Positions 41,306-51,153 are shown, counted from the first letter of the stretch. The stretch is DNA of 64,000 nt from an uncultured Gammaproteobacteria bacterium (GCA_964629685.1 CAZVTT010000001.1:176627-240626); one strand, 5' to 3'. The notes: a model not told the origin generated them from the letters alone. Made by a program: numbers and translations.

Positions 41306-44179
41306 CTACCTACAGTTTCCTACGCCACCCGGAAGCATTGCTCTAATATCTACGGATTCAATCCCTTGTGAAGCAAAATCCGGTCCATCCCTGCGTTCAT
41401 AGTGTAAATGCGCACCGGTTGAATTACCTGTGTTGTCCATGCTGCCGATGGCTGCACCAGCCGTAACCTGTTGTCCGTTTGTAACATTGAATGCTGCTAA
41501 ATGGGCGTATATTGTCTCATAACTACCATCTAAGCTTCTCAGTCTGATCGCGTTCCCATACCCTCCAAGTCGTCCTACAAATGTAACTCTGCCGGCGTGG
41601 CCAGCTGTTACCGTAAACGTGGACAGTGCGGGACGACAGACCAAATCAACTGCATTCTCATTATATTGTCTGTGCGTGTAGCTGCTTACAGGAGCAGGTC
41701 CCTGACTTATACACACACCGGGACAGTTTAACGGATTGCTGCATCCACCCGGGTCCCGTGCGGGGTCACAGGGAGTAAAGTTGCACGCCGGATCCCCGGG
41801 GTTCTGAGTACAATCTACGCCGGGGCGATTGTAGTTATTAACCATTTGTTCTACCAGCGCCTTGGGTAAAGAGACCTCTTCACCGTTTATTCGTACAATA
41901 CAACGGGTTGGGTCTGCAGGATCATCCCGTAAACAATAAATTGGCTCTTCGCCACCACCCAGCTCCGGTGCATACTTTGCCATGATTGAATCACCGGTCA
42001 ATGATTTTGACTGATTCATGAGCAGAAGCAGAATTGCCAATCCTCCAAATAAAAAAACATATGGCCAGCTTTTTGCTGAAATGGTTCCACCATGCATAAA
42101 AGCATCGGCACCACTCAGTAAGCCACCTATAAATGATCTTAGGAGGCCAATTGCTGCGAATGCCCATCCCACCGGTCCGGCTACCGCGCTTATTGCCGTC
42201 TTTGCTATCCCCGAGACGGCCACTTTGGCAGTACCGCCGATAAGCTTTCTGACTGCGAAACGTACCCCCCGAGCTCTAACATTTGAAGCAAATGCATTTG
42301 TACCCCAACGTATTACCCAGCCTCCACCGGGATTCTCCTGTATAGTAAAAAGCCTTCCAAAAAGTTCCGGCGATTCAGATAAGAGTGATAGCATTAAAGC
42401 GTCCTGTATTACGAGACCACTTCCGTCGGGAAGACTGGTCATGGTGTATACGGGGGAGTTGGGGTTTAGTGATTTTGCGTTTTGGAGAAATGTAGCCAGT
42501 GCCGCTCTATTAACTCCAGCTTCGGGAAATGTTTTTTCATCCGAAAGGGTAAGGGTGAGAATAAACAACGCCTCCGCTGCGCTTGTCGGTTGAACTGCGC
42601 CGGAGACCAATAAAGCCTGTCTCTTTTGCATTTCGCTAATTGCTTTTAAGTCTGGAGCGCCTGTTTTTGTGGAGAGTCGTTTCCCTTCCGCTGCTGCTAA
42701 ATACAATATTGTGGCTTCGGCAAATTGGGTGCCAAAAACCGAACCAGCCATATCTCCCAAAAAACCACTAGCACCCTGAACAATTCCTCCTGCTCCGGAC
42801 CCTTGTCTGTCAAAGACGGTCTTACTGTTTTGCAAAAGTAACTGAAATTCATGATTGTTAACGACGGATGATCCCAAAGCGTCTACCAATTTTCCCGGGG
42901 TGCCGGTTAAGTCTGCCAGGCTTTTTCGTAAAGCGCTTGCAACAATTGTTGCACGTTCAGCGCGCGGATCACCGGAAAGGCTTATCCAGCCTTCGATGGC
43001 CGAGGCGGCAACTTTTTGTTCGCGAGTCTTCGCAATAGAGTGAAAAAATCCGGGAGTTGTTAATATATCAACAGGTGTTTCCGTGGCGTCATAAATTAAC
43101 GCAGCCCGGGAATAAATTTGTGCCCGGCGGAGAATTGAATTTGAATCTTCGTCTGAAATGCTTCCACCGGAAGCGAGCTTGTTTTCTATTTCCCTGGCGG
43201 CAACGCTGGAAAAAACCCCGACGGATAATACGGCTCCTGGTTTGGTTAATATATCTCTTGCTGCCATTCTGGATACCTGCCACTCGGCATTTTCGGCTCT
43301 AACCGCCGATATCACCGCGTCTTCATACTGGGGAACATCTCTCGCCGTGGCTCTTTTCGCACGTGCCAGCACAGCTTCACCGATAGTGTCGGGAGAATTT
43401 GGTACAGGTGTATACGATACTTGTGGTTGTGGTCTTCCGGAGAGCACCTCTCTTGGTGAGGGTGTCTTTTTTGTTTCGCCAACAGGTGTTTCCCTGAGTA
43501 CAAGTATGCCGTTTTCCCAGTGATATTGCTCTCTGGCCAATTCTTCCGTTTCCACCCTGTATTTGCTTTTTAGTCTGGAAAGAGTGGCTGCGGCAGTTTT
43601 GGTATAGGTATATTCAAGTCGGCGTTCATAATCCAAAGCAGAAAGATCGCGAGATTGATTCTGAATTTCTTCCGTTAGGTTCCGAATGTCTTTCTCTATG
43701 CCCCGCACCTCTTCCGCATCTACTGCAAAGGCGGTAAGCATCCGAATGTAGTTATTCATGAGATTTCTTGCATATTGATCTTGGAGGGCACGAAGTCTGG
43801 CATCCCGAGCCGAAAGTGTTTTATGGGCATTTTCCAGCTGTCTTGCGTGATAATCAATAATAGAATAATCAGTAACCCTATCGGCCGGTCTGTTGTTCTG
43901 CGGCATTGACGAATAATTCTTAGAAAAGTCAGTCGCCTTCAATATTCTAATAAGCATCATCTGTAATGCATGTGGGGAAGCATTGTGTAGGGCATCCGCT
44001 GCCTGAACGTCGTAGTCCATGGACGACATTGTCGCCCGAATATCTTCGTATTGAAGAGCTTGTTCCTGAATCTTAAACAATTCAGAGAATGTTAAGTCTT
44101 TGCCTGCAGAGAGTAATCCGATGGTTTCGGTTACAAATAAACCTGTTTTTGGTGGCTCGGAAGCTCCTTGTTCTGCCAT
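41306..44179 (-). CDS. large bitopic/polytopic protein with a C-terminal M23 (LytM-type) peptidoglycan endopeptidase domain; candidate cell-wall-remodelling component of the T4SS-like apparatus
   Basis: 957 aa. The N-terminal ~600 aa are coiled-coil-rich and cytoplasmic. Transmembrane helices lie around residues 655-720. A Cys-rich segment follows (CTQNPGDPACNFTPCDPARDPGGCSNPLNCPGVC). The M23 motifs are HAGRVTF...GYGNAIRL...HLHYE. Confidence 0.7.
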   Translation of the reverse strand: MAEQGASEPPKTGLFVTETIGLLSAGKDLTFSELFKIQEQALQYEDIRATMSSMDYDVQAADALHNASPHALQMMLIRILKATDFSKNYSSMPQNNRPADRVTDYSIIDYHARQLENAHKTLSARDARLRALQDQYARNLMNNYIRMLTAFAVDAEEVRGIEKDIRNLTEEIQNQSRDLSALDYERRLEYTYTKTAAATLSRLKSKYRVETEELAREQYHWENGILVLRETPVGETKKTPSPREVLSGRPQPQVSYTPVPNSPDTIGEAVLARAKRATARDVPQYEDAVISAVRAENAEWQVSRMAARDILTKPGAVLSVGVFSSVAAREIENKLASGGSISDEDSNSILRRAQIYSRAALIYDATETPVDILTTPGFFHSIAKTREQKVAASAIEGWISLSGDPRAERATIVASALRKSLADLTGTPGKLVDALGSSVVNNHEFQLLLQNSKTVFDRQGSGAGGIVQGASGFLGDMAGSVFGTQFAEATILYLAAAEGKRLSTKTGAPDLKAISEMQKRQALLVSGAVQPTSAAEALFILTLTLSDEKTFPEAGVNRAALATFLQNAKSLNPNSPVYTMTSLPDGSGLVIQDALMLSLLSESPELFGRLFTIQENPGGGWVIRWGTNAFASNVRARGVRFAVRKLIGGTAKVAVSGIAKTAISAVAGPVGWAFAAIGLLRSFIGGLLSGADAFMHGGTISAKSWPYVFLFGGLAILLLLMNQSKSLTGDSIMAKYAPELGGGEEPIYCLRDDPADPTRCIVRINGEEVSLPKALVEQMVNNYNRPGVDCTQNPGDPACNFTPCDPARDPGGCSNPLNCPGVCISQGPAPVSSYTHRQYNENAVDLVCRPALSTFTVTAGHAGRVTFVGRLGGYGNAIRLRSLDGSYETIYAHLAAFNVTNGQQVTAGAAIGSMDNTGNSTGAHLHYERRDGPDFASQGIESVDIRAMLPGGVGNCR

Positions 44180-44191
44180 ATTACGCGCGTA

Positions 44192-46246
44192 TTATACTAG
44201 GTTGTGCGTGTCTCCGCTTGCGTCAGAGTCAGACGGTACGGTCTCTACGGTAAACATCGGTCTTGATGGTGGCGTATCAACCACTTCTGGTATCATTTGT
44301 GGGGGAGTGTCCATCATGGTTGTATTTCCCGAGACCGGGGTGGGAGAGGGTGTGTTTTGCGTGAATGCCGGTGGTGACTGTGTTACCGGCATAATCGGTG
44401 GTAAAGGAACACTGGGAGCGGGAGTAGTAGTTGTCTTTTTTGCTTCCGATGCCGCTCTTTGAGCAGCTTGGCGCTCCAAGTCTTGCGGTCTGGTGGTAAT
44501 GAGCTCGTGTTCTTCCGGAGAGGCTATTACTCTCACTGCCGCATGTGCGGGTCCGGCAAACATTAAACCTTCTCCAACATCCGCGGAAAGCAGTAGGTGT
44601 TTTTCCCCTTCGGAAAGGAAGAACACTTCGGCTACGCGGTCAATCGCTGCCGTTGACTGCTTTAAAAGAAATTGTAAACTGCTGTTTTGAATGATGGTTT
44701 TTCCTAATTCTACAGACAGAAAATCTTCGACGTCCTGCGTAATTGTGGTTAGTCCTAAATAGTATTTCCTGGCGCGCTTGGCAATGGAATTCAAAAATTC
44801 TCCGGAATCCTGATATTTCATCATGTACCACGCCTCATCCACCAGCAGTATTCTTCTTTTAATGTCTCTCCGTACCCGTGTCCAGATATAATCCAATATA
44901 AGATACATGGCGATAGGTCGGAGTTCTTCTTCCAGGTCTCTAATGGAAAAGACAGTAAGGCTGTTCCGTATTTCTACATTTGTTTGCTGGTCAAAAATTC
45001 CCACAAGGCTGCCTTTTACGAATTTTTCAATTCTATCCGCCAGGCTTCGTGCGGTCGCGTTTTCCATACCCACGAGAACTTTATATAAATCTTCCATAAG
45101 CGGTGGTTCAAGCGTCTGTGTGGCCGGATCCGGTGTAATACCCTTTTGTTTATATGTAAGTATCAACGCCTGATCGAGCAATGCATCCTCGGAGGCTGTG
45201 AGTTTTCCCATAACGACCCTGAAAAAACCGTGCAGCGATAATATCTTTTGATTTAACTCGCTTTCCTCTGATGTTTGTTTAAGCAGCGCCAGGTCAAATG
45301 GATTTATTTTGGTAGAACTGCCGAAACTAAACCGGATGTATTCTCCTCCCAGCGCATGGCTAAGCGCCTCATATTCATTTTCCGGGTCAATTACAATTAC
45401 TTCTGTACCAAACATGAGGTGACGCATAATTTCCAGTTTCACCGTATAGCTTTTTCCCGATCCCGACTTGCCGAACACTACAGTGTTTGCGTTTTCCAGG
45501 GTAAAGCGGTCAAAAATCACCAAGCTATCGTTATGTTCATTTATTCCGTAGAGTATTCCTTCGTTGGCGGAAAGCTCCGATGTGGTAAACGGAAAGGTGG
45601 TTGCCAGCGATGTCGTATCCATGTTTCGGGTAACAATGACCCTGTCCTGTCCCATTGGCAGTGTCGTTTTGAATGCATCTTCCATTTGAAGAATTGCTTT
45701 CTTGCTGACAATCAGAAGTGAGGCTAATGTTGATTCAACTTGTCTGGTCGCTTTGTCGAGCTCTTCTTTCGTTTTTGCCGGAATAGTAACATAGAGACCG
45801 AACTGAAAAAACCGTTCCGAGCCTTTTGCGAGTTCCTGTTGGAGAGCCAGCGCGTCTTCAAGTGCTACCTGAATTGATGGTTCTATGACACGTCCCCGCT
45901 TCATGTCTGATTGTATGGTGGCTTCCATTTCTCCCACTTTTCTGCGCAGATTTTCAAGTACTTCAGATGATTGCGTGGGGTAAATATACATGGATATATC
46001 CAGCGTGTGATCGAAAGAAATAAGTGGTTCCAGCCAGTTTGCGGAGACAAAGCGCGGATATCCGGCTACGAAAATTGTTCTGAAGTAGTGATCGCCAATC
46101 TTTAAGTAATCGAAATCAACTTCAATTGCAGGCGGTGCGATAATGTCTTTTACCAGCAGCGGTCCGTTTGCATCATGTTTAATCGGAGTGTTTTCCGGCA
46201 TTGGATCCAGAAATTTTTTTAGTGCGACACGGATAGTGTTTGCCAT
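44192..46246 (-). CDS. VirB4/TrbE/CagE-family type IV secretion ATPase
   Basis: N-terminal VirB4-type GYPRFVSANWLEPLISFDHTLDISMYIYP. Walker A VVFGKSGSGKSYTVK. Walker B RRILLVDEAWYMM. A roughly 70-aa Pro/Thr/Ser-rich C-terminal tail is present. Confidence 0.8.
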   Translation of the reverse strand: MANTIRVALKKFLDPMPENTPIKHDANGPLLVKDIIAPPAIEVDFDYLKIGDHYFRTIFVAGYPRFVSANWLEPLISFDHTLDISMYIYPTQSSEVLENLRRKVGEMEATIQSDMKRGRVIEPSIQVALEDALALQQELAKGSERFFQFGLYVTIPAKTKEELDKATRQVESTLASLLIVSKKAILQMEDAFKTTLPMGQDRVIVTRNMDTTSLATTFPFTTSELSANEGILYGINEHNDSLVIFDRFTLENANTVVFGKSGSGKSYTVKLEIMRHLMFGTEVIVIDPENEYEALSHALGGEYIRFSFGSSTKINPFDLALLKQTSEESELNQKILSLHGFFRVVMGKLTASEDALLDQALILTYKQKGITPDPATQTLEPPLMEDLYKVLVGMENATARSLADRIEKFVKGSLVGIFDQQTNVEIRNSLTVFSIRDLEEELRPIAMYLILDYIWTRVRRDIKRRILLVDEAWYMMKYQDSGEFLNSIAKRARKYYLGLTTITQDVEDFLSVELGKTIIQNSSLQFLLKQSTAAIDRVAEVFFLSEGEKHLLLSADVGEGLMFAGPAHAAVRVIASPEEHELITTRPQDLERQAAQRAASEAKKTTTTPAPSVPLPPIMPVTQSPPAFTQNTPSPTPVSGNTTMMDTPPQMIPEVVDTPPSRPMFTVETVPSDSDASGDTHNLV

Positions 46247-46248
46247 AA

Positions 46249-46941
46249 TTACGTTGCTTTCCCTTGTGTTTGTCCCAGCGTGTTTGTAGCTTTTATTGCC
46301 TGTTGAATTGTATTTGCCTCCGGCAGGGGAGTACCGGGATTGTATATAGAAAAGTATAGCCTTACCAACTGTTCGGTTGTAAGTTGTTCGCCTTTTAATC
46401 CCAACCGGGCTACCGCTCGGACTAAATGATCTTTTTTGGGTGTAAGTACCGTCAGTGCTCGTTCATAAATATATTGTTTTGGATAAGGGAGACCGCGTTT
46501 CTTGCTGCCGAACAGGACGTTGGCGGATTGACCGAGTTCCAGGCTGGAGAAGGGAATTACAATATAAAATTTTTTATCCAAAACATTTTTTTCTTTTACT
46601 GTGGCGGCTACGAAGTTTCGATAACCGCGAATACTGTCGGCAATTTTGGGATTTTTTTGTTTGCGTTCCTGCTCTTCCAGTAAGTGGAGATAAGCAGTAA
46701 TGTCTTTCTGTTGTGTGCGGACAATGAGTTCTATGGGAAAAGAAAGGGAATTCAGCAATCCCGCATAGGCGTAAATAAGCGATTCCTGTTCTTTTTCAGA
46801 GAGCAGACCAAAATTTACTGCCGTTGTAGAAATGACCAGGGCACAGGAGCCATCCACAAACATTACCAGATCTTTGTCGATATCTTCTATCTCGATAAAA
46901 ATCTGTGTTGACGATCTGATGGGAACAATGGGCTGGCTCAT
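46249..46941 (-). CDS. hypothetical soluble protein conserved in position between the PrgI-like and VirB4 genes; a T4SS accessory candidate
   Basis: 230 aa with no transmembrane helix. It sits 2 nt from the VirB4 start and is probably co-transcribed. No recognisable motif. Confidence 0.45.
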   Translation of the reverse strand: MSQPIVPIRSSTQIFIEIEDIDKDLVMFVDGSCALVISTTAVNFGLLSEKEQESLIYAYAGLLNSLSFPIELIVRTQQKDITAYLHLLEEQERKQKNPKIADSIRGYRNFVAATVKEKNVLDKKFYIVIPFSSLELGQSANVLFGSKKRGLPYPKQYIYERALTVLTPKKDHLVRAVARLGLKGEQLTTEQLVRLYFSIYNPGTPLPEANTIQQAIKATNTLGQTQGKAT

Positions 46942-46981
46942 AGTTGTTCCTACTTATTAGCTCCTGTTTTGAAATGAAAAA

Positions 46982-48640
46982 TCATATTGTTTTTGCTCCA
47001 AATATTTCCCGTTCGAGTTTCGCCCGATCAATTTCCCTTTTGCTTTTTGCAATAATTTCCAATGCAGACATGATTGTTCCGTTTAATGTTATTCTTACCC
47101 TGTCGAACATATATGTTCCTTTGGGATCTTCAATATCTACTGTGTATACTCCGCTCGGAAGGGGCGTGGAGGCGGCAAATTGTCCCAATTTATTTGTTTT
47201 TAGGGCTCTGACAGGTATATCTTCCTTATCGCGAACAGTAACGAGTACACCCGGCAGAAGATTTCCCGTTGTATCTTTAATGATTCCGGTTACTACATTC
47301 GGGAATGTCGTGAGTCTCGGTAAGCCTGCTTTAACGGCAACGTCAGCTGAAATTACTTTTACTGTTGATTTTTCCGGTTCATTTGTTGCCACGCCGGCAG
47401 ACCTGTATCGCTGTTGCGGCTGTTGAGGCTGTGTAAGTCGTTGTCGAAGTGTTTGAATCTCCTGTTCCATTTTGGTTTTTTGATCCAATACTTCCAGTAA
47501 TTGTTTCTGCAGTTCCAATACGCGGTCTTCAGACATACTTTTTGTCTGCAGCTCTTTTTTTAGAGTTTCCATCTGTTGCTGTAGTTCATCTGCTTTCTTT
47601 TTTGCTTCTTCATCTTGTACCGGTTGGTTTACCGGAGCGGTTGGTGGTGGCGGCGTTTCAATCGGTTTCATTTTGGTTCCGGTTACTGATGGTGCCGCTG
47701 CTGTCTGATATACGTTCGGATAAGCAACAGCATACGCCGGAGCAGCCTGAGGTGATTGTTGTGGTCTTAGGGCAAAAAACGTGGTAAACCAGTCAAACAG
47801 TCCAAATGCATTTGTGGTAACAATTTTAGACTGAGCCACCGGTTTTGCATGTTGAGTTGCTATCGGTGTAAACGGCGCGCTTTGATGCACAGATGCGGTC
47901 GGCTGTGGGTACTGTTGTGGTGCCGTATGATTATTTTTTTGTGGCTTTGACTGGAACAGCGAGAATATCCAGTCGAATACATGTGACTTTTGTTTTTGTG
48001 CTGCGACTGGTCTGTTTGTCTGAGCGGGTGGTACGGCTTGCGTTACCGGTTTGGGAATTTGTATCGGTTGTACGGCTGACTGTTGGGGTATCACCGGCAC
48101 GAACGGCTGCGCCTGTGCCGGGGCGGCTGCTTTGACAACGGGTTGGGAGGCTTGTCCGTTTAGTGATGGTGACACAATTTCGGGTTTGCTTTTTTTAGTT
48201 CCTGTTCCCAATAGTTGTTTCTTTAAAGCATCCAATTGTATGTTTATACCGGCAAATGTAAACGGTTTTGTGTGCGATAGTCCCGGTGTTTGCGTCGGAA
48301 GGGTAGCCGGTGTGACCACGGGCGGTTTTTCCGTAGATACCGGTGGTGTCGTTTTGGTTTTTTGCCATAAATACTGTGTGGGACTGTAGATACTCTTTAC
48401 AAAAGAGAGAAACCAGACATCCATGGGGCGTTCTTCTACAGGTACGAATGCAAAGCCGACACCCCCAAGTGCAAACGTAGCTGCTGCCGGCCAGGTAAAA
48501 AAGAACGGCAAGGGTAATTTATACGAGATGTATCCCAGGATTGCGCCACCAGCCAGATACCCGAATTGCTTCAGGGTCATGTCACCAATAAGTCGGAACT
48601 GAAATGTGGTAACGTTTTGCGGAACCGGATGTTGTTCCAT
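46982..48640 (-). CDS. PrgI/VirB3-like membrane protein fused to a Gln/Pro-rich linker, a coiled coil and a C-terminal beta-sandwich (carboxypeptidase-regulatory-like) domain
   Basis: N-terminus FQFRLIGDMTLKQFGYLAGGAILGYISYKL...FALGGVGFAFVP gives two transmembrane helices with PrgI-like spacing. About 250 aa of P/Q/A/T-rich low complexity follow. A coiled coil is KKKADELQQQMETLKKELQTK. The C-terminus is VVTGIIKDTTGNLLPGVLVTVRD...GVYTVDIEDPKGTY. Confidence 0.45.
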   Translation of the reverse strand: MEQHPVPQNVTTFQFRLIGDMTLKQFGYLAGGAILGYISYKLPLPFFFTWPAAATFALGGVGFAFVPVEERPMDVWFLSFVKSIYSPTQYLWQKTKTTPPVSTEKPPVVTPATLPTQTPGLSHTKPFTFAGINIQLDALKKQLLGTGTKKSKPEIVSPSLNGQASQPVVKAAAPAQAQPFVPVIPQQSAVQPIQIPKPVTQAVPPAQTNRPVAAQKQKSHVFDWIFSLFQSKPQKNNHTAPQQYPQPTASVHQSAPFTPIATQHAKPVAQSKIVTTNAFGLFDWFTTFFALRPQQSPQAAPAYAVAYPNVYQTAAAPSVTGTKMKPIETPPPPTAPVNQPVQDEEAKKKADELQQQMETLKKELQTKSMSEDRVLELQKQLLEVLDQKTKMEQEIQTLRQRLTQPQQPQQRYRSAGVATNEPEKSTVKVISADVAVKAGLPRLTTFPNVVTGIIKDTTGNLLPGVLVTVRDKEDIPVRALKTNKLGQFAASTPLPSGVYTVDIEDPKGTYMFDRVRITLNGTIMSALEIIAKSKREIDRAKLEREIFGAKTI

Positions 48641-48825
48641 TGTTATAGCGTTCGATCGCAGACAATTACAATAAAAGCGATAAACGCCGTAGTACTATTC
48701 TAAAAAGCTTTTTGAATCCTTGCAAGTGGGAGCGGCGCATCAGAATCGTGAAATCTTAAAACTTTATAAAAAATTTTCACAGGGTCATACGCTGAAATTA
48801 CTGGTGTACGTGATATGATTAGGGC

Positions 48826-51153
48826 ATGGAGTCACCCTTTGTTCTCCTGGAACTAAAGAATAGCCGCGATAGTGAAGAGACGCCAGCCGCCATGGAGCAG
48901 GTGTTTGCTGCTCTGGGTTCAACCGGAGGGCATGGGGGATTATTACAACAATTATTCGGACCTAAACATCCGCCACGCTATTTCAGTTTTGAAATTGTGT
49001 CGGTAAATACGCGAATACATCTGTTTATAGGCGTACCGCAACACTTGCAAACCTATGTGGAGAGTCAGATAACTGCGCATTACCCGAAGGTACTCCTTGG
49101 TCCGGTATCTGACTACGCACCGCATTTTTTTTCTCTTCCGCATGAATTGGCACAGTTGGTGTTGTCGAATGCCTATTATTATCCGTTAAAAACGCATAAA
49201 GACGTTAAGGATCTGGATATCCTTACGGGTGTATTTGGCCAAATAGCGAAGCTACCGATGGGGGAAGCCGTAGCAATTCAAATCAGAATTAGCCCGGCAG
49301 GACACGGATGGATACACTCCGCCTCTTCTGTTGTGGCGCACGGAATTCCGGACCCTAACAATCCCGGCAAAATTAAAGCACATCCTCATGCCAGAATAAT
49401 TGAAACCAAGTTGGCGCAGATAGGTTTTTCTGCTGCCATCCGTGTGTTGTCTGTGGCACCGGATCATGAACGGGCGGAAGCCCTCATGAACGCGGTTGCC
49501 GGTTCTTATGGTGTTTTTACCCAAGGAGAAGGAAATGGTCTGGTGGTCATGCCTCCGGCTTTTTGGCAAAAAGGAAAGTTGGAAACCGCTTTTATTTCGC
49601 GTAGTGGTGATGTTCTTCCGCGGTCTCAGGTATTGGGCTCGGCTGAGTTGGCGTCGTTGTGGCATCCTCCCGGTTTGTCGTTATCAATGATCAAAAATAT
49701 TTCCTGGAGTGAACAACTTACGGGTGAAGCTCCGGAAAATTTACCTGTTTCGACGGAAGATGCTGAAGAACAGAAGCGGATTAACTTCTTCGCCCGTACT
49801 GAATACAAAAATAAAGTGGCTACATTTGGTATTAAAGGAGATGACCGGCGGAAGCATCTGTATATCGTGGGAAAAACCGGTACCGGCAAATCCACCATGA
49901 TTGCCAATATGGCAATTAACGACATGCGCAATGGTGAGGGTGTTGCCGTTATCGATCCTCACGGTGATTTGTGTGATGTGCTCCTGGATTTTGTACCGTC
50001 TTACCGGATTAATGATGTGGCATATTTGGATCCATCGGATACGGAAAATCCATTCCATCTAAATCCATTGGAAGTTAAAAATGAAACATACCGTGAGCTT
50101 ATTTCCTCCGGAATAGTGTCTATCTTTTATAAACTATATCATTACAGTTGGGGGCCAAGGCTGGAGTATATTCTCCGCAATGCCATTCTGACATTGCTGT
50201 ACGTTCCCAGATCGACTTTGTTACAGGTTCCGGAACTTCTTACAAATGAAAATTACAGGGCAAGAGTCGTGGAAAAATTGCCGGATCAGGTGCTGAAGAA
50301 TTTTTGGTTAAATGAGTTTGCCAAAATGAGCCCTCAGATGAAGAGTGAAGCGGTTGCACCCATATTAAACAAAGTCGGTCAATTTTTATCTTCACAGACG
50401 ATAAGAAATATTGTCGGTAACCCGGTTTCTACAATAGATTTAGAGTCTATGATGAATGACGGAAAAATAGTGCTCGTAAATTTATCGCAGGGGAAACTGG
50501 GCGAAGATAACAGTGCGCTGTTGGGTGCCATGATGATTACTAAAATGCAATTGGCAGCAATGAATCGGGTTTATTTGGATGAAGAGAAAAGACGGGATTT
50601 TTACCTGTACGTAGACGAATTTCAGAATTTTGCTACCAGTTCATTTATTAAAATTCTATCGGAGGCGCGGAAATACCGACTGGACTTGATTTTGGCGAAT
50701 CAATATATAGGTCAGATAGACGAAGAGGTTCAGGCAGCTATTTTCGGTAACACCGGTTCAATCGTCAGCTTCGGTGTGGGCGCCACGGACGCTCGTGTGC
50801 TTACCCGCGAATTTGGTCTGAAGTATAAAGAAGAAGAACTGGTGGCGCTGGGAAATCACCAGGTGGTATTAAAATTGTCCATAGATAACCATACCTCTAC
50901 ACCATTTTCGGCAAATACGCTGCCGTTGCCACGGAGCAGAAATCAAAATCGTGATAAAGTTATCAGATCATCCCGCGAGCGATATACGAAGCCGTTCCAA
51001 CGAAAAGATGAGCCCGCCATGTCTCCCACCACCGTCGATAATGTGTTGCAGCCTCAGATGCAACAGAATCAGCCTAAAAATCAGAATTCTGCTCCGAAGC
51101 ATACACAGACAAAGGAGAGTCGGCCACCTGTACCACCGGTTAAACCAACATGA
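48826..51153 (+). CDS. VirD4/TraG/TraD-like (coupling-protein-type) P-loop ATPase with an atypical non-membrane N-terminal domain
   Basis: Walker A HLYIVGKTGTGKSTMIANM. Walker B LYVDEFQNF. QYIGQIDEEVQAAIFGNTGS is conserved in the TraG/TrwB ATPase family. No transmembrane helices appear in the first 300 aa. A Gln/Pro-rich C-terminal tail is present. A HerA/FtsK-like assignment cannot be excluded. Confidence 0.55.
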   Translation: MESPFVLLELKNSRDSEETPAAMEQVFAALGSTGGHGGLLQQLFGPKHPPRYFSFEIVSVNTRIHLFIGVPQHLQTYVESQITAHYPKVLLGPVSDYAPHFFSLPHELAQLVLSNAYYYPLKTHKDVKDLDILTGVFGQIAKLPMGEAVAIQIRISPAGHGWIHSASSVVAHGIPDPNNPGKIKAHPHARIIETKLAQIGFSAAIRVLSVAPDHERAEALMNAVAGSYGVFTQGEGNGLVVMPPAFWQKGKLETAFISRSGDVLPRSQVLGSAELASLWHPPGLSLSMIKNISWSEQLTGEAPENLPVSTEDAEEQKRINFFARTEYKNKVATFGIKGDDRRKHLYIVGKTGTGKSTMIANMAINDMRNGEGVAVIDPHGDLCDVLLDFVPSYRINDVAYLDPSDTENPFHLNPLEVKNETYRELISSGIVSIFYKLYHYSWGPRLEYILRNAILTLLYVPRSTLLQVPELLTNENYRARVVEKLPDQVLKNFWLNEFAKMSPQMKSEAVAPILNKVGQFLSSQTIRNIVGNPVSTIDLESMMNDGKIVLVNLSQGKLGEDNSALLGAMMITKMQLAAMNRVYLDEEKRRDFYLYVDEFQNFATSSFIKILSEARKYRLDLILANQYIGQIDEEVQAAIFGNTGSIVSFGVGATDARVLTREFGLKYKEEELVALGNHQVVLKLSIDNHTSTPFSANTLPLPRSRNQNRDKVIRSSRERYTKPFQRKDEPAMSPTTVDNVLQPQMQQNQPKNQNSAPKHTQTKESRPPVPPVKPT

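Noticed and set aside
42018-43523. ORFs of 62-191 aa inside and antisense to the M23-protein gene
   Set aside because: They are the Ala/Pro/Ser-rich reverse-frame translations expected opposite a high-GC coding region.
49252-50058. Antisense ORFs of 101-137 aa inside the coupling-protein-like gene
   Set aside because: They are nested within a 775-aa ORF with clear Walker motifs and show no independent signal.
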